From the NCBI RefSeq assembly GCF_001457615.1, contig NZ_LN831024.1, positions 3,000,001 through 3,032,000 on the forward strand: a stretch of 32,000 bases of DNA, given 5' to 3'. The translations under genes were made by a program, and so were the position numbers. This document shows, piece by piece, positions 1 to 7,616 of the stretch; positions within the stretch are counted from its first letter, which is position 1, and every line of letters begins with the position of its first letter. The notes beneath the pieces are model-generated. The model was not told the DNA's origin, searched no databases, and saw nothing but the letters and a program-made list of their open reading frames with translations. Source of the stretch: Pseudomonas aeruginosa. Lineage in GTDB: Bacteria; Pseudomonadota; Gammaproteobacteria; Pseudomonadales; Pseudomonadaceae.

Positions 1-395
1 CCGGCCTGCCGCCGGTGCTCCAGCCGCACGACCTGGCGCGTTGCGAATGGATCGGCCATACCCGCCTGAGCACGCCCTGGACCTGGACCTTCGAACGCCA
101 GCGCGAGCGTGCCACGGTACAGACCCGAGGGCGCCTGCTGGCGAACAACACCCTGGCGGTGTACCGCCTGGTGCTCGACGGTGCCGGCGTCAGCGTGCTG
201 CCGAGCTTCCTGGTGGCCCGCGAGATCGCCCGCGGGCGGCTGGTCCGGCTGCTACCTGGCTGGCACCTGCCGCAGGGCGGCATCTATGCCCTGTACCCCT
301 CGGCGCGCTACATGCCGGTGCGGGTCAGGGCGTTCATCGAGTCGCTGCGCGAGCATCTCGGTCGCGAGCCGTTCCGCCTGGCGCAGGGCGAATGA
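1..395 (+). CDS. ptxR: LysR-family transcriptional regulator, C-terminal effector-binding part (5' end outside window)
   Basis: Frame is open from the window edge to TGA at 393-395. The tail ...AVYRLVLDGAGVSVLPSFLVAREIARGRLVRLLPGW...YALYPSARYMPVRVRAFIESLREHL is typical of a LysR C-terminal domain. Symbol comes only from remembered synteny (convergent with pvcD). Confidence 0.75.
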   Translation, partial: GLPPVLQPHDLARCEWIGHTRLSTPWTWTFERQRERATVQTRGRLLANNTLAVYRLVLDGAGVSVLPSFLVAREIARGRLVRLLPGWHLPQGGIYALYPSARYMPVRVRAFIESLREHLGREPFRLAQGE

Positions 396-420
396 GGCTG
401 GGCATCCGTGCTGGGGGGCT

Positions 421-504
421 GTAGGGCGAATAACGCCACAGGCGTTATCCGCCGCTGGCGTCGCGGATAGGCGGCGGATAACCGCAAGCGGTTATTCGCC
501 CTAC
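421..504. repeat. REP/BIME-like unit 1: two ~35-nt REP-like elements in inverted orientation
   Basis: GTAGGGCGAATAACGCCACAGGCGTTATCCGCCGC (421-455) faces GGCGGCGGATAACCGCAAGCGGTTATTCGCCCTAC (470-504). The outer arms are reverse complements and each element has its own small internal hairpin. The architecture resembles enterobacterial REP ...CTTATCCGGCCTAC. Confidence 0.85.
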
Positions 505-550
505 GGATCGGGCTTCGGCAGCATCTCGGTCGCAAGCCATTCCAACTGGC

Positions 551-634
551 GTAGGGCGAATAACGCCACAGGCGTTATCCGCCGCCGATGCCAGGGATAG
601 GCGGCGGATAACCGCGAGCGGTTATTCGCCCTAC
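551..634. repeat. REP/BIME-like unit 2, near-identical tandem copy of unit 1
   Basis: Same 84-bp organisation as 421-504 with only a few substitutions in the spacer and loop. Its terminal CCCTAC supplies the pvcD stop codon (CTA at 631-633 = TAG on the minus strand). Confidence 0.85.
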
Positions 635-1278
635 GGCCCCAGGCTGCCCAGGTAGCCGGCGAGCGCCTGGATGTCGCTATCCTCCAGGCCGCCGGCGACC
701 GCGCGCATGGTCGCGCTGTTGCCGCGCTTGCCGTCGCGGAAGCCGTGCAACTGGGTTGCCAGGTATTCCGCCCATTGCCCGGCCAGGCGCGGCGCCTTCA
801 GCGCCGCCAGGCCCTGGGCGGCGGGCCCGTGGCAGGTGACGCAGGGCGGTACGCCGCGCTGCGCCAGGCCGTTCTCGAAGAGCTGGCGGCCGCGTTCGCG
901 TTGCCTCGGGTCGGCCAGGGTCTGTTCGCCGGTACTCATGCGCTGGGCGGCGAACCAGGCGGAGACGTTGACCACGTCCGCCGCGCTCAGCTCCTCGCCG
1001 CGGCCGTTGGTGGCCGGGTTGCGCCGGCGCTGGGTCTTGAGGTCGTAGATCTGCTTGTACAGGTATTCCCGGTCGAGCCCGGCGAGCTTCGGGTAGCTGC
1101 GGTTCGGCCGCGGCCCGCCGTTGCCGTCGTCGTCGTGGCAGCGCGAGCACATTTTCTGCGCCATCGCCTTGCCGCGCGCCAGGTCGGCGGGCGCGTCCGG
1201 GCCCGGCACGGCGGCGGCCAGCGGCAGGGAAAGCAGGGCCGAGAGGCAGCCGGCCAGCCAGCGTTTGCGCTCAGTCAT
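631..1278 (-). CDS. pvcD: Exported di-haem cytochrome c4-like protein (215 aa)
   Basis: Start taken at ATG 1276-1278, giving a signal-peptide-like N-terminus (MTERKRWLAGCLSALLSLPLAAA...). Two CxxCH motifs (CSRCH, CVTCH) and c4-type PKLAG / LAGQ...QL..FR.GKR.N..M motifs. The ATG overlaps the pvcC stop by 8 nt (ATGACTGA). Confidence 0.85.
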   Translation of the reverse strand: MTERKRWLAGCLSALLSLPLAAAVPGPDAPADLARGKAMAQKMCSRCHDDDGNGGPRPNRSYPKLAGLDREYLYKQIYDLKTQRRRNPATNGRGEELSAADVVNVSAWFAAQRMSTGEQTLADPRQRERGRQLFENGLAQRGVPPCVTCHGPAAQGLAALKAPRLAGQWAEYLATQLHGFRDGKRGNSATMRAVAGGLEDSDIQALAGYLGSLGP

Positions 1279-2773
1279 GCTGCCAGGGCCCCCGCAGCCA
1301 GCCGTGGATGTCGTAGTCGGCCATACAGCGCTGGACCATCGCCTCGCAGTAGGCCAGGTGCCCGCGACGGCTGGCCCAGGCCAGCGAGTCGAGGCGGATC
1401 TGCTCGGCATTGCCGGAATAATGGCTCTCATAGACCGCGTGGCGCGCGCCGAACTCGCTGCCGGTGGCGTCCCAGATCAGCTTGAACAGCTTCAGGCGCT
1501 GCTCCGGCTCCAGCTCGGCACCGCGGTAGTAGCTGTCCACCAGCCGCCGCGCCTCTCCGTCGCGCAGGTCGGCGGCGCCCGAGACGGTGACCAGCGGGGC
1601 GCCGCCGAGGGCGCTTTCCAGCAGCTCGCGGACCCGCTTCCAGATCTGCGGCACCTGGATGCGCAGGGCATTGGCGTACTCCAGGCGCGGCACCGCCGAC
1701 CCGGCGGCGTTGCGCTCCGGGTCGCGGGCCATGGCGGTGGTCAGCGCCTGCAGCAGGTGCTGCAGGGCGATCAGCTCGCCGAGGGCAGCCTGTATCCCGC
1801 GGAAGCCCTGGGTGCCATTGGCGCGCACGCCGAGGGAAAGCAGGCCGATCATCAGCTCCAGCTTCACCCCGAGGCGGATGCCGGACTGGAAGTTGTACAG
1901 GTTGGCGAAGCCCGACTCGGCATAGAAACCGGTGGCGCGGCGCAGGTCGCGGTAGACCAGGACGTCCTCCCAGGGAATCAGCGCCTTGTCGAACAGCAGC
2001 ACGCTGTCGTTCTCGTCGAAGCGGCTGGACAGCGGATAGTCGAAGGGACTGCTCGCGCGCTCCTCGTAGGATGGCCGGCACATCAGGCGCAGGCCGGGGT
2101 TGTCCATGCGGGCGAAGAACACCAGGGCGAAGTCCTCGGCCTTGCCGGCTTCCATCTGCGCCGAGGCGACCGGGGCGACGAAGGTGGCGTTGGTGATGGC
2201 GCTGCCGGTGGCGAGCATCTTCGCCCCGCTGACGACGATACCCTGGTCGGTCTCGCGTTCGACGTGGACGAACACGTCGCGCATCTCGTGGATCGCCTTG
2301 CTGCGGTCCAGCGGCGGATTGATGATCGCGTGGTTGAGGAACAGCCCGCGGTCGGCGAAGGCGCGGTGCCAGGCGCAGGCGTTCTGCCGGTAGTCGCCGT
2401 AGAAGCCGGCGCCGGCCTCCAGCCCGGACATGAACGCCGCCTTGTAGTCCGGGGTACGCCCCATGAAGCCGTAGGTCATGCGCGACCAGCAGCCGATCGC
2501 CTCGCGCGCGCCGAGCAGGTCCTCGGCGTTCTGCGCGGGGGTGAAGAAGCGGTGGCTGCGGCGGCCCTGGGCATCGACCCGGGTGAGGACGTCGCGCTGC
2601 TCGCCGTGGAGGCCGTCGTAGAGCCCGGCGATGCTGCGGCAGGCGTTGCGGAACGCCCTGTGCCGGGTGACATCGGCGACCCGTTCGCCGTTGAGGTAGA
2701 CCTGGCGACCGTCGCGCAGGCTGTCGAGATAGTCGGCGCCGGTCATCAGCGCGTTGGGGACGGAATGGCTCAT
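1271..2773 (-). CDS. pvcC: HpaB-type flavin-dependent aromatic hydroxylase, oxygenase component (500 aa)
   Basis: Full-length ORF with 4-hydroxyphenylacetate 3-monooxygenase large-subunit-like sequence (...GFMGRTPDYKAAF..., ...VVSGAKMLATGSA...). It lies downstream of pvcB. Confidence 0.9.
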   Translation of the reverse strand: MSHSVPNALMTGADYLDSLRDGRQVYLNGERVADVTRHRAFRNACRSIAGLYDGLHGEQRDVLTRVDAQGRRSHRFFTPAQNAEDLLGAREAIGCWSRMTYGFMGRTPDYKAAFMSGLEAGAGFYGDYRQNACAWHRAFADRGLFLNHAIINPPLDRSKAIHEMRDVFVHVERETDQGIVVSGAKMLATGSAITNATFVAPVASAQMEAGKAEDFALVFFARMDNPGLRLMCRPSYEERASSPFDYPLSSRFDENDSVLLFDKALIPWEDVLVYRDLRRATGFYAESGFANLYNFQSGIRLGVKLELMIGLLSLGVRANGTQGFRGIQAALGELIALQHLLQALTTAMARDPERNAAGSAVPRLEYANALRIQVPQIWKRVRELLESALGGAPLVTVSGAADLRDGEARRLVDSYYRGAELEPEQRLKLFKLIWDATGSEFGARHAVYESHYSGNAEQIRLDSLAWASRRGHLAYCEAMVQRCMADYDIHGWLRGPWQHD

Positions 2774-2824
2774 GCTGGTTCCTTGTCGGGACGCCGGCCG
2801 TGGCGCGCACGGCCGGCGGGGCGG

Positions 2825-3700
2825 TCAGTCGCGCTGCAGGTGCGGGTTGCGCAGCGCCGGCTCGGCGTGGATATGCACCCGCCGCAGGTGGCGCGGCGCG
2901 CGGTGGGCGAAGGCCTCGCGACCGTGCAACAGGGTCAGGTTGTCGGCGATCACCAGGTCGTCGCTGCGCCAGCGGTGGGCGTAGTGCGCCTGTGGGTGGT
3001 ACAGGCAGCGGCGCAGGCTGGCGAGCAGTTCGCCGCGCTGTTCCGGGGCGATGCCGTCGTAGTGGAACTCGGAGGGGTTGATGAAGCTGGCGTCGCCCTC
3101 GATCGGCGGTTCGCAGAAACGCAGGGTGGGGAATTCGCGGCGCGGGTGGCGCTCGACTATCGGCGCCGCCGAGCGGCTGCTGTAGTGCGCCGCGCTGCGC
3201 TGGTACCGGCCGCTGGCGCGGCGCCAGAGTTCCAGCTCGCTACTGTCGGCCAGTTGCAGCGCCGCCGGGGTCGAGCTGAAGGTGGTGCGGCCGCCGTCGC
3301 TGTCGCCGGGCGCGTCGACACAGTGGAACACCTGGAATTCCGGGACCGTCTCCAGGTACATGCCGTCCCAGTGCAGCGGCACGTAGTTGTTGGCGAAGAT
3401 GTGGTCCTCGGCGCCTTCCTGTTCCACCAGCTCGAGCACCGCGCCGAACGGCCACAGCATGACTTCGCCGAAGTCGTGGCAGTAGCGGGTCAGGCTCTCG
3501 GCGTCGGCGAAGGCGGCGAAGCCGCGCAGGAGCAGCAGGTGGTGGCTGCGAGCCAGGCCCTTGAGCCACTGCGCCGGCAGCTCGCCGACGTGCATGCCGG
3601 GGCGGCCGGGCTCCAGCAGCAGGCCGAAGCGCGGCTGGTTGCCCTGTTCGTCGCGCAGCGGCGAGAGACGTACCGGTTGATCGCTGAGATAGGCGTTCAT
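2825..3700 (-). CDS. pvcB: Fe(II)/2-oxoglutarate-dependent oxygenase (TauD/TfdA-like), 291 aa
   Basis: This is the C-terminal 291 codons of the long 2825..5959 ORF, starting at ATG 3698-3700 (MNAYLSDQPVRLSPL...). It carries a HWDG (HxD) motif and a ...DNLTLLHGREAF tail. It starts 17 nt after the pvcA stop. Confidence 0.9.
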   Translation of the reverse strand: MNAYLSDQPVRLSPLRDEQGNQPRFGLLLEPGRPGMHVGELPAQWLKGLARSHHLLLLRGFAAFADAESLTRYCHDFGEVMLWPFGAVLELVEQEGAEDHIFANNYVPLHWDGMYLETVPEFQVFHCVDAPGDSDGGRTTFSSTPAALQLADSSELELWRRASGRYQRSAAHYSSRSAAPIVERHPRREFPTLRFCEPPIEGDASFINPSEFHYDGIAPEQRGELLASLRRCLYHPQAHYAHRWRSDDLVIADNLTLLHGREAFAHRAPRHLRRVHIHAEPALRNPHLQRD

Positions 3701-3717
3701 CGTCTGGCTCCTCGGGC

Positions 3718-4704
3718 TCAGGCCACGGCGGCGCGCCGGGCGGCCCTGGCCGGCAGGCGGTAGTGACTGGGCTGGCCGTTGATCTGCACCAGCTCGCCGC
3801 CGAGTTCCAGCACCTCGCTGCGCTTCATCAGCACGAAGCGGTCCTCGGTGTTCACCGCCACGCCGTGCCAGGGCGTCAGCCAGTCGTCGCGGGTCGGCAT
3901 CATGTGGATGCCGAACTTCAGACTGTCCGCCGGCTGCGGATGGATGGACAGGCGGATCGCGCGGGGGAACTGGTCGGCCAGCAGCGCGCCCCAGGCCCAG
4001 CTGCGCTGGATCACCCCGTAGGCGCGCTCCTTGGCGTCGCGTTGCAGGGCAGTCTTCGAGCCCTGGTAGTCGGGGGTCAGGCCGTCCTCGTAGAGGAAAC
4101 GGGTGATGGCGCGGTACAGCAGCAGGCCTTCTTCGCTGGCCAGCAGGGTCTCGCGGATGCTTTCCAGCGGCTCGGCGTAGCCGTCGATCAGCAACTGGCG
4201 GAGCTGCTCGTGGTTGTCGCGCTGGGCCTCGAAGGCGCGTACGTCCTCCAGGTTGAACACGCCGATATGGGTGGCGCCGATCTCCTCGATCATCAGGCGC
4301 AAGGCATCCTGGTAGGCGCTGATGTGCGCATCGCCGATCCTCACCAGGTCGCCGAACACCCGGCCGTCGGAGCAGACGGTGATCTTCGCGCCCGGTGCAT
4401 AGAACAGCTGGATGCGCTGGCACAGGTGGTTGAGGAACGACAGCGACAGGCGCTCGGCCATGTCCGGACGGCTGTCGAGGACCTTGCCGGGGTTCGGCGA
4501 CTTGGCCGGAAACGCCGGCAGGACGAATTCGATGGGCTCGCCGGCTTCGATGAAGGCGGCGATGCGCGGCAACTGGACCTGTTCGATGCGGCGGATCTCG
4601 TCCGCTTCGCTGGCGCTCTGGCGATGCTCGGGGTAACGGCGGCGATAGAGCAACAGTTCTTTCAATACGCGTGCGGGAAGGGTGTCTTCGGCGATGGCGT
4701 ACAT
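3718..4704 (-). CDS. pvcA: Isonitrile synthase (PvcA/IsnA family), 328 aa
   Basis: Full ORF MYAIAEDTLPARVLKELLLYRRRYPEHRQ... recognised as PvcA. AGGAGG Shine-Dalgarno (complement of 4715-4720) lies 10 nt upstream of the ATG. Confidence 0.9.
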   Translation of the reverse strand: MYAIAEDTLPARVLKELLLYRRRYPEHRQSASEADEIRRIEQVQLPRIAAFIEAGEPIEFVLPAFPAKSPNPGKVLDSRPDMAERLSLSFLNHLCQRIQLFYAPGAKITVCSDGRVFGDLVRIGDAHISAYQDALRLMIEEIGATHIGVFNLEDVRAFEAQRDNHEQLRQLLIDGYAEPLESIRETLLASEEGLLLYRAITRFLYEDGLTPDYQGSKTALQRDAKERAYGVIQRSWAWGALLADQFPRAIRLSIHPQPADSLKFGIHMMPTRDDWLTPWHGVAVNTEDRFVLMKRSEVLELGGELVQINGQPSHYRLPARAARRAAVA

Positions 4705-4890
4705 GCAGGTGTTTCCTCCTTGTGGGCGGATGCCGGCGGGCCGGCAGCGGAAGGCGACATCCTGTGGACTCGCCGCCGGGGGATAAACCGGGGAAGGCCG
4801 GAAACACTGTTCGCTGAAGCTTGACGATGGGCGCCGGGCACGGCCGGGCCGCCGGCGTTGTCGCGTATCGCGGGGAGGGCTGAAGGAAAC

Positions 4891-4908
4891 GGCCGCCGGC
4901 GGGCGGCC
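4891..4908 (-). terminator. Candidate stem-loop terminator after ansA
   Basis: GGCCGCC-GGCG-GGCGGCC hairpin 9 nt downstream of the ansA stop. On the minus strand it is followed by GTTTCCTTC, which is only moderately U-rich. Confidence 0.35.
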
Positions 4909-4917
4909 GCAGGGCGG

Positions 4918-5904
4918 TCAGTCGGCGTTCTCGCCGCACAGGTCGAGGGCGAACCAGCGTTGCGCTTCGTCGCGTCCGAGGCCGGCGCCGAGCAGGCCGA
5001 AGAGCTTGCCCAGGGCCGCCTCGCGGGTCATTCCGCCAGCCGAGAGCAGGCCGGCGTCGCGCAGGCGGCTGCCGGCGGCGTAGACGCCGAACTCGACCTG
5101 GCCGTAGGCGCACTGGCTGACCGCAGCGAGCAGCACGCCGCGGGCGTGGGCTTCGCGCAGCAGCGCCAGCAGCTCCTCGTCGTCGGACGGGCCGGTGCCG
5201 CTGCCATAGCATTCCAGCAGCAGCGCTTCCACGCCGCTGTCGAGCAGCCCGCGCAGGTGCGCGGCGCGCAGCCCTGGATAGAGCGGCAGCACGGCGAGGT
5301 TCACTTCCCGGCGCGGCTGGCGGTAGCCGAGCGCCGCAGGCACCGGCGCATGCTCGGCGTGGCGCGGTCGCGGCAGTTCGGCGAAGGCGTCGAACGCGTC
5401 GCTGCGCAGCTTGCTGACTCGCGCGCCGTGCAGCAGGGCATCGTTGAAATAGACCTGTACGCCGCGCGCGTGGCCCTCCTGGAGGACGCGCAGGGCGCCG
5501 ACCAGGTTGTCCCAGGCATCGCTGCCCGGCGCGCCGGCCGGCAGCATGGAGCCGGTCAGCAGCACCGGGATCGGCAGGTCGAGGAGCAGGAAGGACAGCG
5601 CCGCGGCGCTGTAGGCCAGGGTGTCGGTGCCGTGCAGGAGCAGCACGCCGTCGTGGCCGGCGTCGAGCGCGGCGACGATGGCGTCGCGCATCGCCAGCCA
5701 GTTGCCCTGGGTCATGTTGGCGCTGTCCAGCGGCGGTTGCAGTTCGGCGAAGCGCCAGCGCAGGTCCGGGGCGTCGCCGAGGCTTTGCAGGTGGTCGCGC
5801 ATGCGCGCTTCGAAGCCACCGGCCGGAGCCAGTCCCTGAGGGGTCTGCAGCATGCCGATGGTGCCGCCGGTGTAGAGCACGAAGAGGTTCTTGACTGGGA
5901 GCAT
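4918..5904 (-). CDS. ansA: L-asparaginase, type I (cytoplasmic), 328 aa
   Basis: N-terminal asparaginase signature VLYTGGTIGM and a ...LLLHGTDTLAYSAAALSF motif. AAGGA RBS lies 6 nt upstream of the ATG. Confidence 0.9.
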   Translation of the reverse strand: MLPVKNLFVLYTGGTIGMLQTPQGLAPAGGFEARMRDHLQSLGDAPDLRWRFAELQPPLDSANMTQGNWLAMRDAIVAALDAGHDGVLLLHGTDTLAYSAAALSFLLLDLPIPVLLTGSMLPAGAPGSDAWDNLVGALRVLQEGHARGVQVYFNDALLHGARVSKLRSDAFDAFAELPRPRHAEHAPVPAALGYRQPRREVNLAVLPLYPGLRAAHLRGLLDSGVEALLLECYGSGTGPSDDEELLALLREAHARGVLLAAVSQCAYGQVEFGVYAAGSRLRDAGLLSAGGMTREAALGKLFGLLGAGLGRDEAQRWFALDLCGENAD

Positions 5905-5963
5905 CCGTAATCCTTGTGTCGGGCCTTTTCGCGCCGGACGTGCGAAGAGGGGACACCATTGTG

Positions 5964-5998
5964 GCGCAGGCGCCGCTCCGGGGGGAGGGCGCCTGCGC
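5964..5998 (-). other. 11-bp GC stem-loop between the symporter gene and ansA
   Basis: GCGCAGGCGCC (5964-5974) pairs with GGCGCCTGCGC (5988-5998) around a 13-nt loop. It begins 5 nt after the symporter stop. No U-tract follows on the minus strand, so it is not a canonical intrinsic terminator. Confidence 0.4.
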
Positions 5999-6003
5999 GA
6001 GAC

Positions 6004-7448
6004 TCAGCGATTGCCGCTCGGCAGCGGCTCGGCGTCCGCCTGCGCCGGGGGCTCGGCGCGCTGGCCGGCGGGCCAGGCTTCGCGGTCCAGGTCGAGGTCG
6101 GCGAACTGCGCCGAGTCGAACACCGGTTGCTTGATCCCGGCGCGGCGCTGCACGTCATAGTCGCGCATCACCCGCAGGCCGACCTTGAACAGCAGGGCCA
6201 GGGCCATCAGGTTGACGAAGGCCAGGCAGGTCATGGTGATGTCGGCGAAGGCGAACACGGTGGACAGGTCCTGCACCGAGCCCCAGACCACCAGGGCCAG
6301 CACCAGCGCGCGGTAGCCGATCAGCACCAGGCGGTTGCGGCTGAGGAACTGCAGGCTGTTCTCGCCCAGGTAGAAGTTGTAGAGGATGCAGGTGAAGACG
6401 AACAGCGACAGGGCCACGCTGACGAACACCCGGCCCCAGTCGCCGACCACCGCGGCCAGGGAGTTCTGGGTGAGGACGATGCCGTCGCCTTCGAAGCCCG
6501 GGGTGTAGAAGCCCGAGAGCAGGATCAGCAGGGCGGTGCAGGTGCAGATCACGAAGGTGTCGAGGAACACGCTGAAGGCCTGGACCACGCCCTGTGCCGC
6601 CGGATGGCGCACGGCGGCGACCGCGGCGACGTTCGGCGCGCTGCCCAGGCCGGCCTCGTTGGCGAAGACGCCACGCTTGACGCCCATCACGATGGCGCTG
6701 CCGAGCAGGCCGCCGAACGCCGGGTCTAGGCCGAAGGCGCTCTTGACGATGGTTTCCAGCATTGCCGGGACGTGCTCGATCTGGCTGGCGATGACGTACA
6801 GGGTGACGCCGATGTAGGCCAGGGTCTTGATCGGCACCAGCAGGTCGGAGACCGCGGCGATGCGCTTGATGCCGCCGATGAAGACCACGCCGAGCAGCAC
6901 CGCCAGGGCGATCCCGGTGTGCTGCGGGGCGAAGCCGAAGGCGTTCTGCAGCGAATGGGTGACGGTGTAGGACTGCAGGCCGTTGAAGGCGAAGCCGTAG
7001 GTCACCAGCAGGAGTACCGCGAAGACCACCGCCATCGAGCGCAGCTTCAGGCCGTGCTGGATGTAGTAGGACGGGCCGCCGCGATACAGGCCGTCGCCGT
7101 CGCTGCGCTTGTAGACCTGGGCCAGGGTGCATTCGAAGAAGCTGCTGGACATGCCGACCAGCGCGGTGACCCACATCCAGAACACCGCCCCGGACCGCCG
7201 AGGGTCACGGCGATGCCGACCCCGGCGATGTTGCCGGCGCCGACCCGGCCGGCGAGGCTCAGCATCAGGGCCTGGAAGGAACTGAGCTGGCCGGCCTGGC
7301 CGCGCAGCGATTCCCTGAATACGCCGAACATGTGGCCGAAGTGGCGGAACTGGACGAAACGCGAACGGATCGTGAAGTAGGCACCCAGGCCGACGATCAG
7401 GACGATGAGGACTTTTCCGGAAAGGAAATCGTTGAGCATTTCAAGCAT
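6004..7448 (-). pseudogene. AGCS-family Na+/alanine(glycine) symporter, disrupted by a 1-nt deletion after codon 87
   Basis: The N-terminal ORF (7047..7448) reads ...AGRVGAGNIAGVGIAVTLGGPG then goes out of frame. ORF 6004..7185 continues (A)VFWMWVTALVGMSSSF..., so together they restore the family motif GGPGAxFWMW. The break is at a C4 run (7188-7191, plus strand). 1445 nt plus 1 nt would give 481 codons. Confidence 0.85.
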
Positions 7449-7572
7449 GGAGGTCTACCTCGGTTCTTATTCTGGTACCGGCGTGCGCTGCGGCAGCGCC
7501 TTGGTGCGCGGCGCATGGTTGGCCATGACGCACCTGGTTACAATTTCGCGGGTTGCTCCTGCTTGATGCGAC

Positions 7573-7602
7573 CTGATGCTAGAATCGCGTCCATAGCATC
7601 AG
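7573..7602 (+). promoter_or_regulatory. Candidate extended -10 promoter overlapped by a 9-bp inverted repeat (operator-like)
   Basis: CTGATGCTA (7573-7581) - N12 - TAGCATCAG (7594-7602). TGcTAGAAT (7577-7585) matches an extended -10. It sits just upstream of GGAG (7607-7610) and ATG 7617. Confidence 0.4.
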
Positions 7603-7616
7603 TTTTGGAGCCATCG

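Noticed and set aside
1121-3763. 880-aa plus-strand ORF antisense to pvcD/pvcC/pvcB. Similar very long ORFs occur at 7599..10514 (-), 9533..12355 (+), 19728..21689 (+), 26582..28489 (+), and in the upstream two-thirds of 2825..5959 (-).
   Set aside because: These are typical shadow ORFs of a high-GC genome. Their translations are low-complexity Arg/Ala/Gly/Pro-rich strings with no recognisable motifs. Each lies opposite to, or out of frame with, a gene that has clear family signatures.
4731-4746. TGCCGGC-GG-GCCGGCA palindrome in the pvcA upstream region, considered as a possible PtxR/LysR box.
   Set aside because: It is pure GC-run symmetry, common in this genome. It does not fit the T-N11-A LysR motif, and there is no second copy.
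7186-7191. The idea that the symporter frameshift and the pslG frameshift (24432-24437) are programmed ribosomal frameshift sites.
   Set aside because: There is no slippery heptamer, no downstream pseudoknot-like structure, and no in-frame stop arrangement typical of +1 sites. Both are simple 1-nt losses in short G/C runs, better explained by mutation or sequencing error.
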